Shown here: in pieces, positions 10,242 to 20,588 of the stretch
How the letters are laid out: each line of letters starts with the position of its first letter
Numbering within the stretch: the first letter of the stretch is position 1
NCBI GenBank assembly: GCA_007132975.1
Contig: SLNO01000016.1
Span: forward strand, 1,600-65,599
DNA length: 64,000 nucleotides
Direction of reading: 5' to 3'
Origin: Balneolales bacterium
GTDB lineage: Bacteria; Bacteroidota; Rhodothermia; Balneolales; Natronogracilivirgulaceae
Notes under the pieces: generated by a model
Databases searched by the model: none
Told to the model about the DNA's origin: nothing
The model's input: the letters and a program-made list of their open reading frames with translations, nothing else
Translations under genes and position numbers: made by a program

Positions 10242-10284
10242 AAAAAACCCGATACCCCGAAACGTTTCGGGATACCGGGTTTTG
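10242..10284. terminator. bidirectional intrinsic terminator between the MFS gene and groEL
   Basis: A7 run, then the near-perfect hairpin CCCGATACCCCGAAACG / CGTTTCGGGATACCGGG, then TTTT. It lies between two convergent genes. Confidence 0.7.
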
Positions 10285-10330
10285 CATTTCGGCTTTCAGG
10301 CGATGCTGAAAGACGGGCTGGCGGACGGAC

Positions 10331-11980
<1,650 letters not shown>

Positions 11981-12026
11981 AGGTCACAATTCTTTTAAAT
12001 GGTTAACAGGTTCGTTTGAAAAAACG

Positions 12027-12314
12027 TCAGGAAAGTACGCCGAGGATGTCGTTCTCGCGCATGATCATCAGCTCTTCGCCGTCGATCTCCACTTCGGTGC
12101 CGGCATACTTCCCGTACAGCACCTTGTCTCCCTCCTTGACCGACATCTCGATCTTCTTGCCGTCTTCCACACGGCCTTCACCGACCGCGACAACGGTTCC
12201 GCGCTGCGGTTTCTCTTTGGCGGAATCGGGGATGATGATCCCGGAGCTGGTTGTCTCTTCAGCCGAATCCGGGCGAACCAGTACTCTGTCTCCAAGAGGT
12301 TTTATGCTTGCCAT
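12027..12314 (-). CDS. groS: co-chaperonin GroES
   Basis: 95 aa. [12 protein letters not shown]...[22 protein letters not shown] is canonical GroES. It lies directly upstream of groEL. Confidence 0.98.
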   Translation of the reverse strand: MASIKPLGDRVLVRPDSAEETTSSGIIIPDSAKEKPQRGTVVAVGEGRVEDGKKIEMSVKEGDKVLYGKYAGTEVEIDGEELMIMRENDILGVLS

Positions 12315-12353
12315 AATATTTCTCAGTTTACGTTTTTTGTTGATTGTAGATTA

Positions 12354-12380
12354 TTAGCACTCGCAGCTTTCGAGTGCCAG
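12354..12380 (-). promoter_or_regulatory. CIRCE operator (HrcA-type) in the groES 5' UTR
   Basis: The coding strand reads CTGGCACTC-N9-GAGTGCTAA. The consensus is TTAGCACTC-N9-GAGTGCTAA, so the right arm is perfect and the left arm matches 7/9. It sits 40 nt upstream of the groES ATG. Confidence 0.8.
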
Positions 12381-12442
12381 ATTTTCGTCCGTGCCAATAA
12401 TAAGAAATGCCCTGCTTGAGCGCAAGAGACATTTTTTACATT

Positions 12443-12479
12443 TTAGCACTCTTATATATCCGAATGCCAACAGTGCTAA
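12443..12479 (-). promoter_or_regulatory. CIRCE-like inverted repeat with 19-nt spacer enclosing a promoter-like TTAGCA-17-TATAAG
   Basis: The coding strand reads TTAGCACTG-N19-GAGTGCTAA. The left arm plus spacer contain TTAGCA(12479-12474)-17 nt-TATAAG(12456-12451). Confidence 0.45.
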
Positions 12480-12556
12480 AACAACGCGGCTCATCCAGGC
12501 GTTCTGCTGTCCAAAAATTTATTCGTGCCTGCGTCAGGACCGCGATGCTACGGCGA

Positions 12557-13351
12557 CTAATATCCTGTTTTTTGCTCAAGCCATTCGGCAAGCCTCACAA
12601 ACTCCTCCGGTTTCAGCTCCTCAGCCCTTCGCGAGGTATCAAAACCGTCAGGAAATGTGTCGCCGAACAGTCCCTTGAGGGCATTGGACAGGCGCTTTCT
12701 GCGCTGCTGGAAGGCACTTCGCACGACCAGCTTGAAGCGATCCAGTGGAACGGGCAGGTCGTCCGCCGACCCCGGGAAACGCTCATTGCCCGGACGGTAG
12801 GAGATGACCGCGCTCTCCACCTTAGGCGGTGGATGGAACACATGGCGGAAAACCGGGAACAGCAGCTCCACCCTGCCCAGCACCTGCGCCTGCACGCTCA
12901 GGATACCGTACTCCTTGGTACGCGGCCGCGCGACCAGCCGCTGGGCCACCTCCTTCTGGATCATCAGCACGGCCTGGGAAAAAAGCGCCCCCTGATCCAT
13001 GATATGGAACAGAATGGGGCTGGTGAGGAAGTAAGGAAGATTGCCGATTACGAACAGCCTGCCCCCGGCCTCACTGCTGAGAGCGGCCAGGTCCGCATCC
13101 AGAAAACTTTTCGGGTGGATGACAACCCCGGGACAGCGCTGCGCAATGACCTCAACAGCCCGCTGGTCTACTTCAAAGACATGCAGGTCCGGGTACTTGC
13201 CGGCCAGGGGCACGGTCAGGGCTCCTGTGCCGGGACCGATCTCCACAACCCTGTGCTCACTGCCGGCATCCAGGCTTTCCACAATCCGCCTGATGATGTT
13301 GCCATCCTTGAGGAAATGCTGGCCAAGGGATTTTTTCGGTTTTATGCACAT
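12557..13351 (-). CDS. rsmA: 16S rRNA (adenine1518-N6/adenine1519-N6)-dimethyltransferase RsmA/KsgA
   Basis: PKKSLGQHFLKDGNIIRRIV, SAM-binding VVEIGPGTGALT and GNLPYFLTSPILF are typical KsgA motifs. I placed the start at MCIKPKK (13351). The track ORF extends to 13417 through the repeat element. Confidence 0.9.
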   Translation of the reverse strand: MCIKPKKSLGQHFLKDGNIIRRIVESLDAGSEHRVVEIGPGTGALTVPLAGKYPDLHVFEVDQRAVEVIAQRCPGVVIHPKSFLDADLAALSSEAGGRLFVIGNLPYFLTSPILFHIMDQGALFSQAVLMIQKEVAQRLVARPRTKEYGILSVQAQVLGRVELLFPVFRHVFHPPPKVESAVISYRPGNERFPGSADDLPVPLDRFKLVVRSAFQQRRKRLSNALKGLFGDTFPDGFDTSRRAEELKPEEFVRLAEWLEQKTGY

Positions 13352-13368
13352 GGAATCATCACCCGCTT

Positions 13369-13472
13369 CATCTGTATAAATCAAGTATGGATTTACAATG
13401 TAAGAGTGAATATACATGGCAGGATGAGATCATGCCCCTGTGTGTCAGTTCCGCGGTCATGAATATTTCATC
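13369..13472. repeat. copy A of the ~100-nt intergenic repeat family
   Basis: CATCTGTATAAATCAAGTATGGATTT...CTGTGTGTCAGTTCCGCGGTCATGAATATTTCAT. The last 34 nt are 31/34 identical to the copy at 26871-26972. Confidence 0.7.
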
Positions 13473-13616
13473 ATTTTTTTTCATAATTTGTCAGTTTGAT
13501 CCCACCAAAATTACTTCGGTACCTACATGGAAATAATGAATCCTTACCAGGTGGCGCACCAGTTCGGGTTGAAGACGCTGGAAAAGACCGAGGCGTACAG
13601 CGGCTCCCGCGTCAGC

Positions 13617-14747
13617 ATGAAAATAGGATTACCGAGGGAACGTTCCAAAGATGAGCGAAGGATGGCGGTCACGCCCGGCGGGGTATCGGACCTCAAGGCC
13701 AACGGTCACGAGATCTATGTGGAGGCCCGTGCCGGTGAAGACGCCCGTTTTACCGACCAGGAGTATTCGGAAGCCGGTGCTGAAATCGTCTGGTCCACCG
13801 AGGAGCTGTACCGAAAGTCCGAGATCATACTCAAGGTAGCCCCGCCTGACGAAAGCGAGCACGAACTGCTGCAACCCGACCAGACCGTTATCTCCGCGCT
13901 CCATCTAGGCAACACGACCGAGGGGTACCTCAAGGAGCTGATACGCAAGAATATCACCGGAATCGGTTTCGAGTTCATAAAATCGCCGGACAACAGCTTT
14001 CCCATCGTGCGCATGATGCACGAGATCACCGGTTCCATGTCGGTCCAGATCGCCGCGCACTATCTTGAAAACAACCAGCAGGGCCAGGGTATCCTTTTCG
14101 GGGGAATCTCGGGCGTACCGCCGGCCACAGTGGTGATCCTGGGCGCAGGCATCATTGCCGAGTACGCCGCACGCACCGCCCTGGGCTACGGCGCTCAGGT
14201 CTTTGTCATGGATAACGACCTTGCCCAGCTGCGCCACCTCGAAAACTCCCTCGACCGGCGTATCATCACGGCCATGGCCACCAACCAGTTCATCTCCTCT
14301 GCCCTGAAAGTGGCAGACGTGGTAATCGGCGCCGCCCTGGTGGAGGGCCACCGCTCCCCCTGCTGGGTCACGCGTCCCATGGTAGAGTCCATGAAAGAAG
14401 GCAGCGTGATTGTGGATGCGGTCATCGACCAGGGTGGATGCATCGAGACCAGCCGCACAACCTCGCACTCTGATCCAGTGTATGTGGAGCACGGCGTGGT
14501 GCACTACTGCGTGCCGAACATCCCCTCCAACGTGGCGCGGTCTGCGACCATCGCCCTTAACAATCTGCTGGTACCATTCCTTCTGGATATAGGGGACGCC
14601 GGCGGGCTGCGCGAGGCCCTGTGGACCAACGTGAGCCTTCGCAACGGCACCTATGTCTACAAAAACCAGCTTACCAAGAAGTCGCTTGCCCAGCTGTTCG
14701 ACATGCCTTACCGCGATATTGAAATGCTGATCGCCAGCCGCATCTGA
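13617..14747 (+). CDS. ald: alanine dehydrogenase family protein
   Basis: MKIGLPRERSKDERRMAVTPGGVSDL...EIYVEARAG matches the Ald/PNT-alpha N-terminus. Rossmann motif VVILGAGIIAEYAA. The track ORF starts 30 codons earlier (13527). Confidence 0.8.
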   Translation: MKIGLPRERSKDERRMAVTPGGVSDLKANGHEIYVEARAGEDARFTDQEYSEAGAEIVWSTEELYRKSEIILKVAPPDESEHELLQPDQTVISALHLGNTTEGYLKELIRKNITGIGFEFIKSPDNSFPIVRMMHEITGSMSVQIAAHYLENNQQGQGILFGGISGVPPATVVILGAGIIAEYAARTALGYGAQVFVMDNDLAQLRHLENSLDRRIITAMATNQFISSALKVADVVIGAALVEGHRSPCWVTRPMVESMKEGSVIVDAVIDQGGCIETSRTTSHSDPVYVEHGVVHYCVPNIPSNVARSATIALNNLLVPFLLDIGDAGGLREALWTNVSLRNGTYVYKNQLTKKSLAQLFDMPYRDIEMLIASRI

Positions 14748-14798
14748 TCTTTCCCAAACCAAATCAGAACACTGAAATAACAATAGAAACAAGAACAA

Positions 14799-16454
14799 AT
14801 GAAGAAAAAGTATTTCACCCCATTCGCCATCGCAATGCTGCTCACAACATACGCTTGCGGCCCCACCCATGACTGCGGCGTGCTGCCTGGCCCGCTCAGC
14901 GAACAGGACATCATGAAGCATGTGGAAGTCCTGGCAGCGGATGAATTCGGAGGCCGCACACCCGGCACCGTATATGAAGAGATGACCGTTGCCTATGTTA
15001 TCGATCAATTTGAACAGCTCGGAGTACAGCCCGGCATGCCCGACGGCTCCTTTACCCAGGATGTGCCACTGAAAGGTCAGGCGACGCACAACGTTACCGT
15101 CTCGCTCAGCTCCGGCGAACAGCGCGTTTCCCTGGCTTATCTCGACGATGCCATGGCCTGGCCTGCGCATAATCAGCGCTCTGTTGACGTGCGCGATGCC
15201 GAAATGGTCTACGTCGGGTACGGCATCGTTGCCCCCGAGGAGGACTGGGACGACTTCAAGGGCGTGGATGTGTCCGGCAAGGTTCTTGTTTTCAAAAACT
15301 TCAACCCGGTAACTTTTGAAGATCGCTTTGACGGTGGCAACCGCCTCTACTATGGCCGATGGACCTACAAGTTCGAGCAGGCCATTGAACAGGGCGCGCT
15401 CGGCGCGCTGATCATCCACACCGACGAGACCGCCGGCTACGGTTGGGACGTTGTGCGAAACAGCTGGAGCCGGGAGCGGCTTTTCGTTTTTGAGGATGAG
15501 GAGCCCCCGACCAGGTTCAACGGCTGGCTGACCCATGACCGCAGCCGCCAGCTTTTTGAAATGGCCGGACTCAACCTGCAGGATATGCTGGATGCGGCCG
15601 AAAGTCCCTACTTCGAGCCGATACCCCTGACCGGCGTACGCATCAACACCAGCATGGATGCCGTTTACCGGAACATCGCCGGGCAAAATGTGGTCGGCAA
15701 GATTCCGGGGACGGATCCAGACCTGGCCAGTGAGGCGGTTGTCTTCTCCGCCCACCACGATCACCTTGGCATCGGCAACCCCGTGGATGGCGACTCCATC
15801 TTCAACGGCGCATGGGACAATGCCAGCGGAGTCAGCCTCATGCTCAATCTTGCCCGCCTCTACCAGATGGAGCCTGAGCCGATCCGCCGCACGCTCTACT
15901 TCGCCTCTGTGACCGCCGAGGAGTCAGGGCTTCTGGGCTCACACTATTTTGCCGAAAACCCGCCGATCCATGCCGGAAAGATATCGGCCAACATCAACCT
16001 TGACGCCACCAACATATTTGGGGAAACAAAAGATTTTGTCGCCATCGGATATGGACGCTCGGATATTGACGAGTTGCTTGCCGAAGAAGCTGAGCGGCTC
16101 GGACGCATCGTGAAACCCGATCCGCGTCCGGAGCAGGGCATCTACTACCGCTCCGACCACTTCTCCTTTGCCCGGGTCGGCATCCCGGCCCTGTATCCCA
16201 ACCCCGGTACCATGTTTGTGGACAAACCGGACGATTTCAATGATCAGGTAGCCGAATACCGGAACAAGATCTACCATACGGTCCATGACCGCATCCACGA
16301 CTGGTGGGATCTTTCCGGCGCCGTTGAGGACCTTAAACTGATCTACCGTGTGGCACTGCGCATCGCCAACGCCGACGAAATGCGCCAGTGGACGCCTGGC
16401 GACGAGTTTGAGGAGGCTCGCAAACGTGCCCTTGAGGAGGCATCGGAACTCTGA
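14799..16454 (+). CDS. M28-family aminopeptidase with PA domain (lipoprotein signal)
   Basis: Signal/lipobox AMLLTTYAC. Zinc-site region FSAHHDHLGIG, GAWDNASGVS, SVTAEESGLLGSHYF. Confidence 0.85.
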   Translation: MKKKYFTPFAIAMLLTTYACGPTHDCGVLPGPLSEQDIMKHVEVLAADEFGGRTPGTVYEEMTVAYVIDQFEQLGVQPGMPDGSFTQDVPLKGQATHNVTVSLSSGEQRVSLAYLDDAMAWPAHNQRSVDVRDAEMVYVGYGIVAPEEDWDDFKGVDVSGKVLVFKNFNPVTFEDRFDGGNRLYYGRWTYKFEQAIEQGALGALIIHTDETAGYGWDVVRNSWSRERLFVFEDEEPPTRFNGWLTHDRSRQLFEMAGLNLQDMLDAAESPYFEPIPLTGVRINTSMDAVYRNIAGQNVVGKIPGTDPDLASEAVVFSAHHDHLGIGNPVDGDSIFNGAWDNASGVSLMLNLARLYQMEPEPIRRTLYFASVTAEESGLLGSHYFAENPPIHAGKISANINLDATNIFGETKDFVAIGYGRSDIDELLAEEAERLGRIVKPDPRPEQGIYYRSDHFSFARVGIPALYPNPGTMFVDKPDDFNDQVAEYRNKIYHTVHDRIHDWWDLSGAVEDLKLIYRVALRIANADEMRQWTPGDEFEEARKRALEEASEL

Positions 16455-16473
16455 AAAGCCGAACAGCACTGAA

Positions 16474-16842
16474 ATGGCAGGCAACAGAGAACTGAGCGAG
16501 CAGAATTTCAGGAGGATCAGCTGGATCAACATCCTGCTGACTCCTCCCCTCCTTATACTTTTCTCCTGGCCTTATGCCGTCATCGGTCTGTGGTTTGATT
16601 TTTACGAAATGTGGTTATACGCGGGAACCTTCCTTTTTGCCTTCCCGTTGACTTTGACGATACTGCACGGCCATATAACGATAGCATTGGGTGCTTTGCA
16701 ACGGTCACACTATCACGAATGGCTGGTGCGCCGAAAGTGGGGATACGGATTTTGGATCCGGCCCTTCTTTTTCAGTACCCGTTTCCGATTGATTCTTTTA
16801 ATTATTAGCTTGGTAATGTTGATTACAGGCATATTTTTTTGA
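16474..16842 (+). CDS. small membrane protein, unknown function
   Basis: 122 aa counted from MAGNRELSEQ, with 3-4 hydrophobic helices. The upstream part of the track ORF (16348-) overlaps the M28 gene and was trimmed. Confidence 0.45.
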   Translation: MAGNRELSEQNFRRISWINILLTPPLLILFSWPYAVIGLWFDFYEMWLYAGTFLFAFPLTLTILHGHITIALGALQRSHYHEWLVRRKWGYGFWIRPFFFSTRFRLILLIISLVMLITGIFF

Positions 16843-16887
16843 TTCATCCCGCTGTACACGACGATAACCCAAAATTTACAGGTACTT

Positions 16888-17229
16888 ATGAACCAAGACA
16901 ATTCAATCAGCAGAAAAGCCTTTTTAGGCAAAATCTCCATGCTCGGTCTTGCCGGGGCTGGAGCAGGTGTATTTTTGAAAGGATGCGGCAACGGAGAAGA
17001 GGCTGCAGAGGCTGATCCCTGTGCCGATCTTTCCGGTCTCAGTGAAAGTGACATCCAGCTTCGCGAAACCCTTCAATACGTTGCTGAAACACCGAACCCG
17101 CAGGAGCGTTGTGACAATTGCGAATACTGGATTGACGACCAGCACGGTCCTCAATGCGGCGGTTGCACTTTGTTTGCCGGCCCGGTTCATCCGGCTGGAT
17201 GGTGCGTATCATGGGTTCCGCAATCCTGA
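16888..17229 (+). CDS. high-potential iron-sulfur protein (HiPIP) with Tat-like signal
   Basis: 113 aa. The signal SRKAFLGKISMLGLAGAGAG is followed by the HiPIP cysteine pattern CDNCEYW...CGGCTLF...GWCVSW. Confidence 0.85.
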   Translation: MNQDNSISRKAFLGKISMLGLAGAGAGVFLKGCGNGEEAAEADPCADLSGLSESDIQLRETLQYVAETPNPQERCDNCEYWIDDQHGPQCGGCTLFAGPVHPAGWCVSWVPQS

Positions 17230-17300
17230 TACGCTGCAATTCGAATTCGAGACTGTATGACCTTTGATACAAAAGGGTCGCAGTCCCAGCTTCATTCCAG

Positions 17301-17339
17301 GCCTGTTTTCGCCTTTCCGGCGATTACAGGCTTTTTTTT
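17301..17339 (+). terminator. intrinsic terminator after the HiPIP gene
   Basis: Stem GCCTGT...ACAGGC with nested CGCC/GGCG, followed by T8. Confidence 0.5.
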
Positions 17340-17353
17340 CGGTATTTCCAGAG

Positions 17354-19159
17354 CTATTTGCTGGATATGAATCGAGCCCGCTTCATGGATTTCTGCATTC
17401 GTTTGCTGAAGAACTTCCTGCGTCCCTCGGACGGCCGCCCGTTGTTATAGAGCTTCCAGAACCTTTTCTCTGACTCAAGCGTGCCTATCAGGATGATTTT
17501 TTGCACTTTCTTAAGCACAAGATCGGGGTCCGGCTGCAGCATTATCTCACCGTCCCTCTCCACACCGACAATGGTACATCCGGTCTTGTCACGGATTTCA
17601 AGATCACTGATCCTCTTTTCGCACATTTTTTCGGGCATATCCACCTTGAAGATATTCAGGCCTTCCGCCAGCATGACCATCTCTCCGCTCTGAAGATAGT
17701 TGAATATGGCATTGGCCCCCATGGTGGAGTACGACAGACTGAAGTCGGCGCCGGCGCGGCGAAGGGTGTGCAGGTTCCGGTCCAGGGTGGCCCGAGAGAT
17801 GATCTGGATCTCAGGCCGCAGTTTCCTGCAATAGAGTGTCAGGTAAATGTTGGTATCGTCCTCATTCGGAGTGATGATAACAGTGTGTGCATCATCCAGT
17901 CCCGCCTCTTTGAGGACAGCAAAATCAGCCGCATCTCCAACGATGTGATGTTCCGGGTAGACATCCAGTCCCTCCCTGCGTTCCACGATTTTAAAAGCTA
18001 TCTGTCGCTCCTCAAGAGCCTTTGCCACAACAGCCCCCACCTTTCCCCCACCAAGTACGATCACCGGGGCATCGGTGGCATGATAGATGCCCATGAGCTC
18101 GTCATACTTGCGCAGATTGGCCACAGTACCTACGAGAACAAGGATGCTGTTTTCACGGATTACTGTGTCCGATGATGCAATCTGGTACTGCCCACGCTCC
18201 CAGATGCCCACGATATTGACACCGGTCAGCTCCCTCATGCGTGTTTCCGTAAGCGTTTTGCCCACAAGAGGCGTCTCCATGGCCGGTGCTTCCGCCACAA
18301 CCAGTTCCTGGAATCGTCCTATGACGTGGACACGCGCACTTCCGCTCACCACCCGACGAACCAGCGCCTGTCCCATCATCTCGGAAAGGTTCAGGACCAG
18401 GTTGCTCCCTGCCAGCTTCAGGATATCCACCGCATCTTCGGTATTTGTAAACGAAATCACCGGCACAGAGTCGCTTAGCTCCCGGATCGTGAATGTGACG
18501 TTGGTGTTGACACGCTCATCGTCGTTGGCCACAACAAGTGCGGCCTGGTCTACCTGGAGACCCTTCCAGGTATCGGGATCGTCCACATTTCCATGAATCA
18601 CATTATAGCCCAGGTCACTGATTTCCAGTGCCTCCGAAAGGTCCGGTATAACGACCCGGTAATCATACTGAAACGCCCTTAGCTTCTCGATCAGTGCAAT
18701 AGCCACACTGTTGAATTTTGTGATGAGGATATGGTTTTTCGTTTCCAGCGGCAGTTTGCGTGGCGCCCGCGCCTGGGCCTGCGCCTCAAGCCAGGGGGCA
18801 TAGAAAAACTGGATAAAGGTGAACGGAAGCATCACCAGAAGGAACACAACACCCGTGAGCAATACGACCGTCGAAAAAATCCTCCCCAGATCGGAATGAA
18901 AGATAATGTCGCCAAACCCGAGCGTTGACATGGTCACCATTGTCCAGTAAAAACCCGAAACCCAACTATGTTCCTGCCCTTCATACCGGCTTATCACCTG
19001 GAACAAAAATGTAAAAAGGAAAATAACTCCCAGGAGCACCAGCACAAAAAGGATCAGGCGCTTGAGATTAACCCGGGTGGATTTCTTCTGGAAAAGAAAA
19101 TTGAATTCCGATGGAATGAATTTCATGGTGTGGATGCCATATCTGTCTGCCTGCAACAC
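17354..19159 (-). CDS. potassium channel with tandem RCK (TrkA-N/TrkA-C) domains
   Basis: Pore helix with selectivity filter TMSTLGFGD. A Rossmann motif VLGGGKVGAVVAKAL lies in the second RCK domain. A possible alternative start is MKFIPSEF at 19126. Confidence 0.9.
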   Translation of the reverse strand: MLQADRYGIHTMKFIPSEFNFLFQKKSTRVNLKRLILFVLVLLGVIFLFTFLFQVISRYEGQEHSWVSGFYWTMVTMSTLGFGDIIFHSDLGRIFSTVVLLTGVVFLLVMLPFTFIQFFYAPWLEAQAQARAPRKLPLETKNHILITKFNSVAIALIEKLRAFQYDYRVVIPDLSEALEISDLGYNVIHGNVDDPDTWKGLQVDQAALVVANDDERVNTNVTFTIRELSDSVPVISFTNTEDAVDILKLAGSNLVLNLSEMMGQALVRRVVSGSARVHVIGRFQELVVAEAPAMETPLVGKTLTETRMRELTGVNIVGIWERGQYQIASSDTVIRENSILVLVGTVANLRKYDELMGIYHATDAPVIVLGGGKVGAVVAKALEERQIAFKIVERREGLDVYPEHHIVGDAADFAVLKEAGLDDAHTVIITPNEDDTNIYLTLYCRKLRPEIQIISRATLDRNLHTLRRAGADFSLSYSTMGANAIFNYLQSGEMVMLAEGLNIFKVDMPEKMCEKRISDLEIRDKTGCTIVGVERDGEIMLQPDPDLVLKKVQKIILIGTLESEKRFWKLYNNGRPSEGRRKFFSKRMQKSMKRARFISSK

Positions 19160-19443
19160 TCTTCAGGCATCTGTTTGCAGGCGGAGCTGTTGGATGCGGC
19201 CTGATTGAGACGAATGCGAATCAAATTTAAGACTTCTCCATTGAAAAAAATAACGGCAGGTTTCGAAATATTCCCCATGCATTTGTCGACAGACGCTTGT
19301 CATGTCCAGACTGAATCAGGTTTTTTTTCCGACAATCTGTTACTTTTCATACCCTTTGCATTATCATAACATTCCAATGCTGGCTATTGAATGATTGCCG
19401 GCGAAATCTGCAACATACACACTGCAACACCACACATCGCAAA

Positions 19444-20109
19444 ATGGCATCCAAAATCCCTTTTTCTCCGCTAGATTACGATAAACCTTCTGAGCAGGAA
19501 CTGCTTAAGCGCTCACGTTCCTTTCTGGAACTCATGAAAAAGCGCCGTACGGTACGGGAGTTTTCCGATGAACCCGTACCCGAGGAGGTGATCCGGCACT
19601 GCATTGAGACGGCCGGAACCGCTCCCTCTGGTGCCCACATGCAACCGTGGCACTTTGTGGTGGTCCGGGATCCTCAGATCAAAAAGCAGATCCGCCATGC
19701 CGCAGAGAAGGAAGAGCGGATCAACTACGAGATGCGCTACTCCGATGACATGAAAAAGGACATTGAAAAGCTGGAGACCAATTTTGAAAAACCATTCCTT
19801 GAGCACGCTCCGGTACTGATAGCCGTGTTCAAGGAATCCTACCGGATCGAAAACAACATCCGCCGGAAAAATTACTATGTGAATGAATCGGTCGGGATTG
19901 CCACGGGACTTCTGATCACAGCCCTGCACTATGCCGGGCTGGTGTGCCTTCCACATACCCCAAGTCCAATGCGGTTCCTTAATGAAATCCTGAAGCGGCC
20001 AGGCAATGAGTCTCCCACCGTCATCCTTCCGGTTGGATTTCCGGCGGATGATACGCGCGTGCCTGACCTGAACAGAAAACCGATGAGTCAGATCCTTTCC
20101 GAGTTCTGA
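19444..20109 (+). CDS. iodotyrosine deiodinase-like flavoprotein (nitroreductase superfamily)
   Basis: Resembles animal IYD as I recall it along its whole length: KRRTVREF, IETAGTAPSGAHMQPWHFVVVRDP, EERINYEMR, VPDLNRKP. I placed the start at MASKIPF; the track ORF starts at 19387. Confidence 0.8.
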   Translation: MASKIPFSPLDYDKPSEQELLKRSRSFLELMKKRRTVREFSDEPVPEEVIRHCIETAGTAPSGAHMQPWHFVVVRDPQIKKQIRHAAEKEERINYEMRYSDDMKKDIEKLETNFEKPFLEHAPVLIAVFKESYRIENNIRRKNYYVNESVGIATGLLITALHYAGLVCLPHTPSPMRFLNEILKRPGNESPTVILPVGFPADDTRVPDLNRKPMSQILSEF

Positions 20110-20128
20110 CAGCATATTGCACGTTGCC

Positions 20129-20452
20129 ATGGACGATTATTCCTCAGAACACGATGGCGCTGTCGAGTATCCCATTGACGGTGTGCTTGACCTGCATATT
20201 TTCCCTCCATCCGATGTCCACGACCTGGTACCTGAGTATCTGCGCGCATGCCGGGAAAAGGGTATCTATACGGTACGCATCATCCACGGCAAGGGAACCG
20301 GCACGCTCCGCCGCATTGTTCATTCGCGACTGGAATCACTTCCATGGGTAAAGAGCTACCACCTGGCAGGGCATGGCAGCGGCACCTGGGGCGCAACGAT
20401 CGCCTATCTTGATCCACCCGGACCCGCCAATGCAGACCACAAGCGGCAATAG
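20129..20452 (+). CDS. Smr domain protein
   Basis: VLDLHIF...VRIIHGKGTGTLRRIVHSRLE is the Smr/MutS2 C-terminal domain signature. Confidence 0.8.
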   Translation: MDDYSSEHDGAVEYPIDGVLDLHIFPPSDVHDLVPEYLRACREKGIYTVRIIHGKGTGTLRRIVHSRLESLPWVKSYHLAGHGSGTWGATIAYLDPPGPANADHKRQ

Positions 20453-20588
20453 CGGACAATGATGTACGATTCGGGGCCACATCAAAATTTTATTATTGGA
20501 CATTTGCCCCTAAATCATATATTATTATAATATTAGCTCCCCTGTTTGCGTTTACCTTCCTTATCGTTATTTCCCTGAGGCATCTTCC

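Noticed and set aside
13905-15764. 619-aa ORF on the minus strand spanning the ald and M28 peptidase genes.
   Set aside because: It is antisense to two well-supported genes and crosses their intergenic spacer. It has no recognisable motifs and a His/Gly/Ala/Val-rich composition.
16348-16473. 5' part of the 164-aa track ORF overlapping the end of the M28 peptidase gene.
   Set aside because: It overlaps a well-supported gene in another frame. The hydrophobic, protein-like part starts at the ATG at 16474.
19265-19315. Possible reverse-oriented, internally deleted copy of the ~100-nt repeat (GAAATATTCCCCATGCA...CTTGTCATGTCCAGACTGA) upstream of the IYD-like gene.
   Set aside because: Only the two end blocks match weakly. 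The CTGTGTG/ATCAT interior and the proximal AATCAA/GGATTT blocks are missing. This is too little to call without statistics.
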